Shown piece after piece: positions 24,939 through 37,711 of a stretch of DNA of 64,000 nt. The translations under genes and the position numbers were made by a program. Every line of letters begins with the position of its first letter. The stretch's first letter is position 1. The notes under the pieces are model-generated. The model saw nothing but the letters and a program-made list of their open reading frames with translations. It was not told the origin of the DNA and did no database searches. The stretch lies in assembly GCA_951406725.2 (NCBI GenBank), contig OX597817.1, forward strand, positions 122,636,001-122,700,000. The letters run 5' to 3'. This stretch comes from Octopus vulgaris. Taxonomy: Eukaryota.

Positions 24939-25097
24939 ATGATGTTGTCATCAGCGATGTTGGCGGTGATGAATTTCATTGTCCTAATGCAGTGGAAGCG
25001 AGCAAAAGCTTCCTGGAGGCAAACACAAGCTAGACTTCTAAAGCAGAGAAATGCTGATCTATTTAAGGAAATTCCTGGGCTCCATTGTGATAGGTAG
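24939..25097 (+). CDS. Candidate small ORF or first coding exon (52 aa), unknown product
   Basis: MMLSSAMLAVMNFIVLMQWKRAKASWRQTQARLLKQRNADLFKEIPGLHCDR* in a GC-richer non-repeat island; weak donor AG|gtagaa at 25093. No homolog recognised. Confidence 0.3.
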   Translation: MMLSSAMLAVMNFIVLMQWKRAKASWRQTQARLLKQRNADLFKEIPGLHCDR

Positions 25098-25455
25098 AAA
25101 CTCCAAGCAATGTAAAATATGACCTGGACCGTGATTATCAGCATGAACATCGAACTTCAATAAGTAGTTAACCATTTAATGGTTTTAGTAAATTTATACA
25201 GAAAAAGAAAGCATTATACCGTCCAACATAAATAAAAGTCAACTTTATTATATTTTTTTCTGCAAAAACCTATTCTCACATTAAATGAGTCAACTTCCTG
25301 TATGAATGTTTACATTTGTATGTCATTTTTCAACAAAGAAAATTTCTAAAAAAAATTTTGTAAAATGGTCTACATATGTAATTTATGCACCTACTAAAGT
25401 TTATTTTTGCTTTTGCAACAAAACGTGAGTAAATTACATGGGTTTTTATGGTATA

Positions 25456-25695
25456 TTTTTTTTCTTTTTTTCTTTTTTTTTCCTCTAGTTTCAGCTCAGA
25501 GTTGCGGCCATGCTGATATACCTCCGTTTTGTGCTACACTGTTATTATATGTGGCACTGGTAAAGAATGGAGTTTGATATAGCTACTCTCATTTGCACCT
25601 CTTGCCGTGAGGTAGGTTCATCTGGGACTCTCGACAGGAAGATGTCCAGCTTTGATTTAAAAACCGCTACATCTACTTTGTGCAAGTTCCTCAGA
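25456..25695 (-). mobile_element. CR1/L2-group LINE 3' end
   Basis: LRNLHKVDVAVFKSKLDIFLSRVPDEPTSRQ..SNSILYQ*; tail cagcatggccgcaactctgagctgaaacta plus A-rich repeat. Confidence 0.8.
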
Positions 25696-26166
25696 CACAT
25701 ATATATGGCTTGTCTTGACATTGTTCTTGGAATATTCTATGGAGTATGTCTCTCCATTGTACTGTTTTTGTGTTTGAAGAACTAAAGAAAATATTATTTG
25801 GTTCAGAATAGATGATGTTTGGTCTGTAAAAAAAAAAAAAATGATTCAGCAAATTTTGTCTGACTCATACAAGTAACAAAATGTGGTTGATACAACACTG
25901 ATGATGACGATAATAAAGATGATAATGTGTGTGCTTATGCATATATATATGTGTCTGTATGTACGTGGGTGTTTATGTACATATATATGTATGTAAAAAT
26001 ACGTGTATACATATATATATATATAGAGAGAGAGAGAGAGTGTGTGAGAGAGAGAGTTGAAGGAAAAAATCATGTAAATGATTATATCAGCTAGACAGCA
26101 TGAAATAAAAACTTATAGGTAATTTATATATTAAATTAATGATTATATATATGTATATATACATAT

Positions 26167-26417
26167 ATCATCATCATCTTCTTCGTTTAGCATCCGCTTT
26201 CCATGCTAGCATGGGTTGGACGGTTCAACTGGGGTCTCGGAAGCCAGAAGGCTGCACCAGGCCCAGTCTGATCTGGCAATGTTTCTACGGCTGGATGCCC
26301 TTCCTAACACCAACCACTCCGTGAGTGTAGTGGGTGCTTTTTACGTGCCACCGGCTCAAGTGCCAGACGAGGCTGCCAAACGGCCACGATCGGATGGTGC
26401 TTTTTATGTGCCACCGG

Positions 26418-26420
<3 letters not shown>
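26167..26420 (-). mobile_element. RTE LINE 3' end ((GAT)n family)
   Basis: cgtttagcatccgctttccatgctagcatgggttgga..., two 62-bp units. Confidence 0.9.
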
Positions 26421-26471
<51 letters not shown>

Positions 26472-26482
26472 TATAATTATAT

Positions 26483-26655
26483 TAAGGGACCAGGGAGAAA
26501 CGACCTGTCTCTTACGTGCTTGAAATAAAATCCGAGGCACTCAGAAACTGCCAAATATCAACAACCTCTGTCTTTGGAGTTATCGGGTAGTTACTTAGTG
26601 CCTTGGCATTTATTTAAAGCATGTAGGAGACAGGTCATTTCACCCAGCTCCCTTA
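26483..26655. mobile_element. Fold-back (MITE-like) element in (TA)n
   Basis: 70-bp arms 26483-26552 and 26586-26655, 13 mismatches, no indels. Confidence 0.75.
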
Positions 26656-27084
26656 GTATATATATGTATGTATATATATTATATAAACAAATATATATAG
26701 ATACATACATATATCAGTGGCGGTGTGGTAAGTAGCTTGCTTACAAACTACATGGTTCTGGGTTCAGTCCTGCTGCATGGCACCGTGGGTGTCTTCTACT
26801 ATAGCCTTCGGTTGACCAAACCCTTGTGAGTGGATTTGGTAGACGGAAATTGAAAGAAGCTCGTTGTATATATATATGTATATGTGTGTATATATGTATG
26901 TGTGTATATGTTTGTGTGTCTGGGTTTGTCCTCCCAACATCACTTGATAACCAATGCTGGTGTGTTTATGTCCCCGTAACTCAGCGGTTCAGCAAAAGAG
27001 ATTGAATAAGTCCTGGGGTCGATTTGTTTGACTAAAGGCAGTGCTCCAGCATGGCCATAATCAAATGACTGAAACAAATAAAAG

Positions 27085-27135
<51 letters not shown>

Positions 27136-27482
27136 TAATCCAAACAAGAAAACAAAAAAACACAACAACACAAGGACGTGGAACAAATAAAGTATTATTG
27201 GACGCTCAGGAAAGAAGGGAAGAAGGAGGGTTTATATATATATATTCATATATATATATTATGTTTATGTAACAATATATATTTCATATTTATACACAAG
27301 TGCCGCTGTGGCTGTGTTGTTAGATGTTTGCTTCCCAACCATATGGTTCTGGACTCAGCGTCTCTACATGGCACCTTGGGCAAATGTCTGCTACTGTAGC
27401 TTTGGGCTGACCAAATCCTTGTGAGTGGAGCTGGTAGACGGAAACTGAAAGAAGTCTGTTGTGTGTGTGTGTGTGTGTATAA

Positions 27483-27518
<36 letters not shown>

Positions 27519-27551
27519 ATAAATATATATATATGTGTGTGTGCATATACA

Positions 27552-27750
27552 TAGTAAATCGAAAGAGACAAAAAACAAATACAGGAAAAAAAAGAAACAA
27601 CAACACAAGGACATGGTACATGCAAAGTATTAGCAGATGCTCAGGGAAGGAAAGAAAGGTGGTTATATGTTTCAAGCAAAGTTCTTCAGAAACAAAGGAC
27701 AGAGGAAAGTCCAAGAGAAAAGGAAAATAAAGAAAAAAAAATCACCAATG
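27552..27750 (-). mobile_element. Probable PLE 3'-end fragment with decayed minimal hammerhead; shorter relative at 27130-27235
   Basis: Minus strand tttgttt-CTGAAGA-actttgctt-GAAAC-ATA-taac; shared acaacaac.caaggac.tgg..gctcagg segment with 27130-27235. Confidence 0.5.
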
Positions 27751-27764
27751 ATTCACATATGGGC

Positions 27765-28146
27765 AGGCGCAGGAGTGGCTGTGTGGTAAGTAGCTTGTTA
27801 ACCAACCACATGGTTCCAGGTTCAGTCCCTCTGTGTGGCATCTTGGGCAAGTGTCTTCTGCTATAGCCCCGGGCCGACCAATGCCTTGTGAGTGGATTTG
27901 GTAGACGGAAACTGAAAGAAGCTTGTCGTATATATGTATATATATGTATGTGTGTGTTTGTCCTCCTAGCATTGCTTGACAACCGATGCTGGTGTGTTTA
28001 CATCCCCATCACTTAGTGGTTCGGCAAAAGAGACTGATAGAATAAGAACTGGGCTTACAAAGAATAAGTCCCGGGGTCGATTTGCTCGACTAAAGGCGGT
28101 GCTCCAGCATGGCCACAGTCAAATGACTGAAACAAGTAAAAAGAGT
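27765..28146 (+). mobile_element. SINE family A, full length
   Basis: ggcgcaggagtggctgtgtggtaag through gaaacaagtaaaaagag. Confidence 0.92.
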
Positions 28147-28498
28147 ATGGTTACATTTTGAACAAATGCAAGTGAGTGTGTGTGTGTGTGTGTGCGTGTG
28201 TGTGTGTGTGTATCTGTGCACGCATGTGTGTGTTTGGCTGTCTTTGTTTATATTTGTTGCCCACCACTGCTTGACAACTGGTGTTGGAGTGTTTATATAT
28301 CCCTGTAACTTAGCAGTTTGGCAAAAGAAGATAATAGAGTAAGTATCAGACTTTACAAAAAAGATGATAAGTACTGGTGTTGAATCGTTTGACTAAGATT
28401 TCTCAAGGTGGTACCGCATCATAGCAGTAGCCTAATGACTGAAACAAGCAAACGATATAAGATATGTATACATACATATGTGTATATACACATATGTG

Positions 28499-28808
28499 TG
28501 GAGGCGCAATGGCCCAGTGGTTAGGGCAGCGGACTAACAGTCGTAGGATCGCGGTTTTGATTCCCAGACCGGGTGTTGTTAGTGTTCATTGAGCGAAAAC
28601 ACCTAAAAGCTCCACGAGGCTCTGGCAGGGGGGTGGGGGGTGATCCCTGCTGTACTCTTTCACCACACTTTCTCCCACTCTTTCTTCTGTTGGCCTGCTC
28701 GCTTAGCCAGCGGGATGGCATCATTCGAAGGCTAAAATAATGTGAACGCATTTTGACCAGCGATGTGTAACAACCTCTGATGGTCTGGTCGGTCATGTGA
28801 TCATGTGA
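28499..28808 (+). mobile_element. SINE family C, full length
   Basis: tggcccagtggttagggc A box, ggttttgattccc B box, (tcatgtga)2 tail. Confidence 0.9.
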
Positions 28809-28854
28809 TGTGATATGCATATGAATGCATTCATACGTACATATATATATACAC

Positions 28855-29550
28855 ATCATCATCATCATCATCATCATCATCTTTATTTAACGTCCACTGT
28901 CCATAGATTGGATGGTTTGACTGGGCTGGCACGCTGGAAGGCTGCACCAGGCTCCAATCTGATTTGGTTTGGTTTTCTACAGATGGATGCCTTTCCTAAC
29001 TACTCCGAGTATGTAGTGGGTGCTCTCATGCGCCATTGGCATGGGTGCCATTTGTGTGACACTGGTATTTGCCATGACTGCAATTTTGCTCAGCTTGATG
29101 AGTCTTCTTCTCAAGCACAACATAATGCCAGTGGCTCTGGTCATAGCCTCCGTGAGATCCTACACAAGAAAGGAACTAGGCCATTTTGCCTCCATGAGGC
29201 CCAACATTCGAAAGGAACTCAGCCATTTTGCCTCTGTCAGGTCCAATGTTCAAAGGCTGATCTTTTACGGGCCACCAGCTTGGGTGTACTTGGCTTGATG
29301 GGTCCTCTTAAGCAGAGCACATCGCCAAAGGTGTTGGTCACTAGTTATTGCCTCTGTTTGAAGATTCTGCTTCACCACCCCATCTCATGTCTTCCTGGGT
29401 CTACCTCTACCACTGGGCCCCTCCACAGTTAGAGATCAGCACTTCTTTACATGGCTGTCTGCATCTATATGCATCACATAACCATACCAGCGCAATCGTC
29501 TCTCTTGCACACTACATCATATTCTTCTTAAGTCTAATTTTCCTCTCACA
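28855..29550 (-). mobile_element. RTE LINE 3' portion, decayed
   Basis: (CAT)n tail; remnants of ...VKKC..L.VEG..GRGRPRKT*DGVVKQNL. Confidence 0.8.
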
Positions 29551-29654
29551 CACATATGTACATACATAGATACACATACACATGCACACACATATACAAA
29601 TACCTAAATATATATATTTATATACATATATATGTATGTATATATATATATGTA

Positions 29655-29709
<55 letters not shown>

Positions 29710-29990
29710 GTATATATATGTATATATATATATGTATATATATATATGTATATATATATGTATATATATATGTATATATATGTACATATATATGTATATA
29801 TATGTATATATATATGTATAGATATATATCTATAAATATGTATGTATATATACATCTATAAATATATATGTACATATATATGTATATATATGTATATATA
29901 TATGTATATATATATCTATAAATATATACATACATATATATATATAGATATAGATATAGATAGATAGATATAGATAGATACATAGATATA
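29551..29990. repeat. Compound (TA)n/(TATG)n/(TAGA)n microsatellite
   Basis: Direct reading. Confidence 0.95.
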
Positions 29991-30574
29991 CATAGTTTTA
30001 CATGTATGTGTGTGTTTGGGCAATATCTATTTCTAATTCTATTTTTACATTTTCAGTGCTTAAAAAAGAGTGATGTTGCATTTGTGCCCTTTGACATAGG
30101 AGTATAATAAATATAAATCAATCCACTAAATACTTGACTTAAAAATAATTTACTGGGTGTGATATGAACAGCTAAAATCCTTCGAGGTTGCACCCCTGCA
30201 TATCGGTATTTCAATAAGTGAGTCAGAGAGTAAAGGATGAGAGAGAGAGAGAGAGAGAGAGAAAGGATACAAGAGAGGGTGTGTGAAAGAGAGTGAGAAT
30301 GAAATAAAGAATGTGAGTTAGAGAAATATATGTGTGTATATCTTAGTGTCTGTACATACACATACACATAAACACATACACACTCACATATATGAATATA
30401 TGTTCATCTGTGCTAAATACGTATATATGTCAAAACTATGGATTGTCAGCAACCATATGCATACACACAAATATACACAAACGCATATACATACACCCAT
30501 AAAAATACATAGTGTCTCTGTCTGTCTGTCTGTCTCTTCTATCTCCATCTCACTCACTCTCGCTCTCTCTCTCT

Positions 30575-30609
<35 letters not shown>

Positions 30610-30767
30610 CACAGGTGTGGGTGTGTGCTAAGAAGCTTGCTTCTCAACCACATGGTTCTGGGTTCAGTCCCACTGCATGGCACCTGAGCAAATGTCTTCT
30701 GCTATAGCTTCAGGCCAATCAAAGCCTTGTGAGTAGATTTGGTAGATGGAAACTGAAAGAAGCATGC

Positions 30768-30812
<45 letters not shown>

Positions 30813-31185
30813 TAGCTTTATGGTAAGAAGCTTGCTCTCCAGCCCCATGGTTCCGGATTCAGTCCTACTGTATAGCACCTTGGGCAAGTACCTTCTATTA
30901 TATATAGCCGTATGTGTGTGTGTCTGTGTTTGTTCACCCACCATCACTTGACAACTGTTGTTAATTTGTTTCTGTCCCTGTACCTTAGCAGTTCATCAAA
31001 AGAGACTGATAGGATAAGTATTAGGCTTACAAAGAATAATTCCTGGGGTAGATTAGTTTGACTAAAGGTGGTGCTCCAGCATGGCCACAGTTAAATGACT
31101 GAAATAAGTAAAAGAAGAAAAAGAAGAAAAGAATACACACACGCACATGCACACACACACATACACACATACATACACACATATA

Positions 31186-31401
31186 TGAGGCAGTGCTGAA
31201 AAGTTCCTGGTTTTAATGATACCTCAAAAGGCCTGGTTGAAGGCCCAACCATTGGGGTTTTTTACACAGCTTAGAAAAACTGAAAGACCGCTGCAATAAG
31301 TGTGTGAACCTGAGAGGGGAATATGTTCAATAAAATCATAATTAACTGATCCTCATTTAGTTTCTTTTACTCAAAAATAGGAAATTTTCAGCACCCCTTC
31401 A
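31186..31401 (+). mobile_element. mariner-derived MITE
   Basis: TIR-like tgaggcagtgctgaaaagttcc / gaaattttcagcaccccttca; internal LEKLKDRCNKCVNLRGEYVQ* matches a mariner C-terminus. Confidence 0.75.
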
Positions 31402-31402
31402 C

Positions 31403-31434
<32 letters not shown>

Positions 31435-31723
31435 GTTTTCAAAGCGATGAATAGCTTTTTGCAGAAACCATGGTTCGCTTTGTTTTCTTACTTTATTATC
31501 ATCTTATAATCATCTCATAATAATGACTCTTATGACTACCTCAGTCCATCTAATTGTATATATTTGTCATTACCTGTCATAAAAAGCCTTTTTTTATTTG
31601 CAATGTGCATTTTCGTTGATTTTTCATATTTTACCCTAACATTTCCACGTGTATTTTATGTTTTCTTTCTGTAATATATTTCTACTATAAATATATATAT
31701 ATATATAAATATATATATGTATG

Positions 31724-31785
<62 letters not shown>

Positions 31786-31846
31786 CATATATATATATAT
31801 GTATATATATATATACATACATATATATATATATAAATATCATATT

Positions 31847-32803
31847 CATCATCATCGTTTAGCGTCCGCTTTCCATGTTAGCATGGGTTGGACGGTTCAA
31901 CTGGGGTCTGGAAAGCCAGAAGGCTGCACCAGGCCCAGTTTGATCTGGCAATGTTTCTATGGTTGGATGCCCTTCGTAACGCCAACCACTCCATGAGTGT
32001 AGTGGGTGCTTTTTACATCCCACTGGCACAGGTGCCACACGAGTCTGGCAAACGGCCACGATCAGATGGTGCTTTTTATGTGCCACCGGCATGGGGCCCA
32101 GGCGAGGCTGGCAACGGCCACGAACGGATGGTGCCTTTTACGTGCCACCGGCACGGGGGCCAGGTGAGGCTGGCAACAGCCACGAACGGATGGTGCTTTT
32201 TACGTGCCACCTGCATGAGGCCAGTCTGGGCGGTGCTGGCAATGGTCACGTTCGGATGGTTCTCTTACGTGCCACAGGCACTGGTAACTCAGCTGCAATT
32301 TCCATCGATCGATTTCGATTCTTATTTGATTCTGATTCTCACTTGCCTCAACAGGTCTTCACAAGTAGAGTTTTGTGTCCCAAGAAGGGAAGGTATGCAT
32401 AAGTAGGCTGGCTACATCCCACGTAGAAGGCCACGGGTTATGGTCTCACTTGTCCTGCTGGGTCTTCTCATGCACAGCATACTTCCAGAGGTCTCGGTCT
32501 CTAGTCATTTCCTCAGTGAGACCTAAAGTTCGAAGGTCGTGCTTCACCACCCCATCCCACGTTTTCCTGGGTCTGCCTCTTCCACAGGTTCCCTCAACCG
32601 CTAGGGTGTGGCACTTTTTCACACAACTATCTTCATCCATTCTCGCCACATGTCCATACTAGCGCAAACGTCTCTCTTGCACACCACATCTGATGCTTCT
32701 TAGGTTAGCTTTTCTCTCAAGGTACTTACACTCTGTCGAGTATGAATACTGACATTACACATCCATCTGAGCATACTGGCTTCATTTCTTGCGAGCTTAC
32801 GCA
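31847..32803 (-). mobile_element. RTE LINE, 5'-truncated, with five 62-bp units in the 3' UTR
   Basis: GHVARMDEDSCVKKCHTLAVEGTCGRGRPRKTWDGVVKHDLRTLGLTEEMTRDRDLWKYAV; (GAT)n tail. Confidence 0.92.
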
Positions 32804-33318
32804 TAGATAGATAGATAGATAGAGTTCAAAGATATACTAGGCTGCAGGTGTATTTATGTGGTAAGATGCTTGCTTCTCAACCATATAACTCTGGGTTCAG
32901 TCCCATGGAATGGCGTCTTGGGTTAATGAGTGGATTTACGAGTAGTAGAGAGAAACTAAATGAAGCACCAGACTGATGCACCATCTTGAAGGGTTTTTAG
33001 TTGAAGAAATTGAACCCAGGACTTAATTTTTTTTTTAAACTTAGTACTTAATCTATTAGTTTCCTTTGACGAAGTGTTAAATTATGGTGACATAAACACA
33101 CCCACACCACTTGTCAAGCAGTGGTGGGAGACAACTAGCACAGACACAAAGACACAGACACACACACACACACATACATATATGTATGTATGTATTTATG
33201 TATGTATGTATTTATGTATGTATGTATGTATGTATGTATCTATCTATCTATCTATCTCTCTCTCTCTCTATATATATATAGAGAGAGAGATAGATAGATA
33301 GATACATACATACATACA

Positions 33319-33376
<58 letters not shown>

Positions 33377-33398
33377 TGTATGTATGTATATATGTACA

Positions 33399-33429
<31 letters not shown>

Positions 33430-34046
33430 ATATATATATATAAGATAAGAGGAAAGCCACTAAGTTGTTTCATTACATGCTTAGTGGCTTTCATCTTATC
33501 TTATATATTTGAATATAATTTGCAGTCCTTCAATTTTTTTTACTGTTGCTGCTGGTTACCGGTATAAATTGTTAGTTTTCAATAATAGTTTTTACCCTTA
33601 GTAATTATATTTTACACACACACACATACATACTATGTGCTTCTTTCAGTTTTCAGCTACAAAATCCACTCAGGCTTTGGTCAGCTCGAGACTATACAAG
33701 AAGATATTTGCCCTAGGTGTCTCTCAGTGGAACTGAACCTGGAACCGTGTGGTTGAGAAACAAGCTACATACCATACAGCCATGCCTATATACAAGTACA
33801 ACTTAGGTCTGTGTCTTTGGGCCTGTGTTTATTTCCCGCCAACACTCAACAACCAGTGTCGGTGAGTTTACACCTCCATGACTTAGCTGTTTGACGGAAG
33901 GGAGTGATAGAATAAGCAGAAGGCTTAAAAAAAAATATAAATACTGAGGTCAATTCGTTTGACTAAAAATTCCTCAAGGAGGTGCACCAGCATGGCCACA
34001 GTCTAACGACTGAAACATGTCAAAGGTAAAAAGATATATAATATAT

Positions 34047-34458
34047 AGTGTAGGAGTGGTTGTGTGGTAAGTAGCTTGCTTACCAACCACATGGTTCCGG
34101 GTTCAGTCCCACTACGTGGCATCTTGGGCAAGTGTCTTCTACTATAGGCTCAGGCCGACCAATGCCTTGTGAGTGGATTTGGCAGACGGAAACTGAAAGA
34201 AGCCTGTCGTATATATGTATATATATATATGTATGTGTGTGTATATGTTTGTGTGTCTGTGTTTGTTCCCCCAACATCGCTTGACAACCGATGCTGGTGT
34301 GTTTACGTCCCCATAACTTAGTGGTTCAGCAAAAGAGACCGATAGAATAAGTACTAGGCTTACAAAGAATAAGTCCTGGGGTCGATTTGCTCGACTAAAG
34401 GCGGTGCTCCAGCATGGCCACAGTCACGTGATTGAAACAAGTAAAAGAGTAAAAGAGA
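34047..34458 (+). mobile_element. SINE family A, full length, young
   Basis: Complete head-microsatellite-tail structure with CpGs largely retained. Confidence 0.92.
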
Positions 34459-34639
34459 GAATAATATATACATACACATACTTGTATATGTATGTGTGCA
34501 TGTGTGTGTTTGTGTGTGTGTATGTGTGTGTGTGTGTATAAGCAGGGGGCCACACACTCATTTGTTAAAGACCGCTAGTGACAAGCACCAATTATTTCTG
34601 TGGATGTGGCAACAGTATTACCTCACAGCCTCTCTGCAC

Positions 34640-34834
34640 AAGAAGCTACAGCAGCAGTAACAAGATGTGCAGCAGCAGCAGCAACAACAAAAACAACAAC
34701 AACAACAGCAATGGCAGCAGCAGCAGCCACAACTTCAACAAAAGCAGCAACAGTTTCAGTAGTGATATTAGCAGCGAAAGCAGCACCACCTCTGACAGCG
34801 ACGAATGTGGCACCCTCCTCATTATCATCATTGA

Positions 34835-34889
<55 letters not shown>

Positions 34890-35687
34890 TTTAGTAGTGG
34901 TAGAAAGGAAGAAAGGAAGGTAGAAAGGGAGAAGGGAACAACAGCATTGCTGATCATGAAATAGTTCTGAAGAAGCGGGTGGGCGAGGAAGGAATAAATG
35001 TTTAGTTTGTAAGGACACCAGCAGAGGTGGAAACAACAACAACTACAACAACAACAATAGGCTCATCGTGGTCGTCGTCGTCATCATCATAAGCAGCAGT
35101 AGCAGCAGCAATGTTTATTAAACTGCAGCATCAAAAAACAGCAGGATTTGGTAGGAACAGGAGCAATAGCATTACGAGACAGGCAAAAGAAATTAGTTTC
35201 CGTAGACACCACCACCACCACAACCACTACAACTGCCACTGCCACTGCCACCATCACTACTGCTCTTACTGCTACATCCAATACTATCACCGCCACCACT
35301 GCCGCCACCACCATCACCACCACCACCACTATTACTACCACCATTACCAACACCTCTAGTAAAATCACTGCTACAACCGCCACCACCACTACTACTACCA
35401 CCACTGCTACAACCACCACCACTACTACTACCCCCACTACCACCATCACCACCACCACCACCACCACTACCCCCACCAGTACCACAATCACTGCTACCAC
35501 CACCACCACCACCACCACCAACACTCCACTACCAGAACTAAAAATATCACTGAAACCATAACCACAGCAACACAACCACTGCCACACTTCTACCGCAACA
35601 ACCATCACCATCACAACACTTTCACAACCACAACCATAATGGCCACCACATTTACCATAACCACAACAAATATTATATATTAATGAT

Positions 35688-35750
<63 letters not shown>
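34640..35750. repeat. Compound trinucleotide field (CAG/CAA/TAG/CAC/TAA)
   Basis: Direct reading. Confidence 0.9.
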
Positions 35751-35975
35751 CCTTTCTGATATAGGCACAAGGCCTGAAATTTTGAGGGAGAGGACCAGTT
35801 GATCACATCAACGTCAGTGATTCACTGGTACTTAATTTATCAAATCCAAAAGGATAAAAGGCAAAGTCTACCTTGGCCAAATTTGAACTCAAAACCTAAA
35901 ACCAGATGAAATCTTGCTAAGCATATTTTGCCTGGCATGCTATTAATTCTGCCAGCTCACCACCTTAATAATAGC

Positions 35976-36051
<76 letters not shown>

Positions 36052-36054
<3 letters not shown>

Positions 36055-36252
36055 GACAAATACATAACAAAAATACCAGGACTTACAAACATATATAACA
36101 TACAGAAAATTGCACTACTAGGCACTGCACACATCCTACGCAGAACACTTTCCATACAATAACCATCAGAGCATCACAACAAATTACAGCACATACCCAA
36201 GGCACACAGAGCTGTGCTCGGTAGTGAAGTGAAAGCACGCTAAAAAGATAAA

Positions 36253-36254
<2 letters not shown>
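36052..36254 (+). mobile_element. R4/Dong-type LINE 3' end (family 1) in (TAA)n
   Basis: IDKYITKIPGLTNIYNIQKIALLGTAHILRRTLSIQ*; (TAA)n on both sides. Confidence 0.85.
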
Positions 36255-36296
<42 letters not shown>

Positions 36297-36301
36297 TAAT
36301 A

Positions 36302-36455
36302 TTTTAGACATTCATTAGTACAACACCAAAAACTCCCCCCCAAATATATGGCACACTAGGCATAACAACAACATGAACTTCCAACCTGTTGTCTCTTGAG
36401 GTCTCTGGGTGAGACTTGGAGCCAACTTGTACAAATATAAAGCAAAAGTCAAACA
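36302..36455 (+). mobile_element. R4/Dong-type LINE 3' UTR (family 2) in (TAA)n
   Basis: High similarity to the 3' UTR of 36490-36794. Confidence 0.85.
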
Positions 36456-36489
36456 GAGAATAATAATAATAATAATGATAATAATAATT

Positions 36490-36793
36490 ATATGATAGAA
36501 AAAGGGGCTGATTGCTACCTAACTCAGATACCAGGAAACCCAAAAATGGCAGAAATTCAAAAGATAGTGCTCATGGGAACTGCTCATATCCTACGCAAAA
36601 TACTTTCTATGTAATCTTAAGGTTTAAAACAAACATTTTTTTTTTTTAGACATCCACTAGTACAACACAAAAAACAACCAAATATATGGCACACTAGGCA
36701 TAACAACAACGTGAACTTTCAACCTGTTGTCTCTTGAGATCTCCTGGGTGAGACTTGGAGCCAACTTGTACAAATATAAAGCAAAAGTCAAAC

Positions 36794-36794
<1 letters not shown>
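36490..36794 (+). mobile_element. R4/Dong-type LINE 3' end (family 2) in (TAA)n
   Basis: MIEKGADCYLTQIPGNPKMAEIQKIVLMGTAHILRKILSM* (36492-36614) plus UTR. Confidence 0.85.
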
Positions 36795-36856
<62 letters not shown>

Positions 36857-36939
36857 TGATGATGATAAGACACAAAGCCTGAAATTTTGCGGGAGGATAC
36901 TAGTTGATTACATTGACTCAGTACTAAAATTAGTACATA

Positions 36940-37060
36940 TTCTATCAGTCCCTTTTGCCGAACTGCTAAGTTACAGGGACGTAAACACACCAGCATCGGT
37001 TGTCAAGTGATGTTGGTGGGACAAACACAGACACACAAACATATACACACACATGTATAC

Positions 37061-37104
<44 letters not shown>

Positions 37105-37266
37105 GACGGGCTTCTTTCAGTTTCCGTCTGCCAAATCCACTCACAAGGCTTTGGTCGACCCGAGGCTATATTAGAAGACACTTACCTAAGGTGCCACGCA
37201 GTGGGACTGAACCTGGAACCATGTGGTTGGTAAGCAAGCTACTTACCACACACCCACTCCTATGCC
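36940..37266 (-). mobile_element. SINE family A (3'-truncated)
   Basis: Reverse copy of head and body. Confidence 0.88.
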
Positions 37267-37711
37267 TATATTTATATAAATATATAATTTATCATGTGGT
37301 AAGGCTTCAACATGTAGAAAAGCACTTAATCAGCTAAGAACATAAAGATAATGTTATAATAATACCCACAAATCTTGTTAAAATACAAAAAGAAAGAACA
37401 TGTACAAAATATGCACATACTTTAGGAGATAAAATATTTACATAGTTCTCCGGTTTCACTGGTGCTAATCATGACTAAGGAATGGGTGATAATATTACTA
37501 TTTCATGCTATCATACAAAGTTTTCATTCCATATTAGTAGGAGGAAGGATATAATTCCTCATACCATGTATATATATATATATATATATATGCAACTATG
37601 TGAAAGAGAGATAATTATATATATATATATATATATTTACATACATGTACACATACATGTATATGGATATGAATATGTATATGTATATATATGTCTACAC
37701 ACACACACATC

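Noticed and set aside
28499-28575. tRNA genes at SINE heads (also 44530-44605 and 24045-24120)
   Set aside because: A/B boxes are present but they run into SINE bodies; no convincing complete cloverleaf or terminator.
32000-32290. CRISPR-like regularly spaced palindromic repeats
   Set aside because: The spacers are homologous to each other, the array sits in a LINE 3' UTR, the context is eukaryotic and there are no cas genes.
34578-35806. Poly-Ser/Thr/Val ORFs up to 239 aa
   Set aside because: Trinucleotide microsatellite translations.
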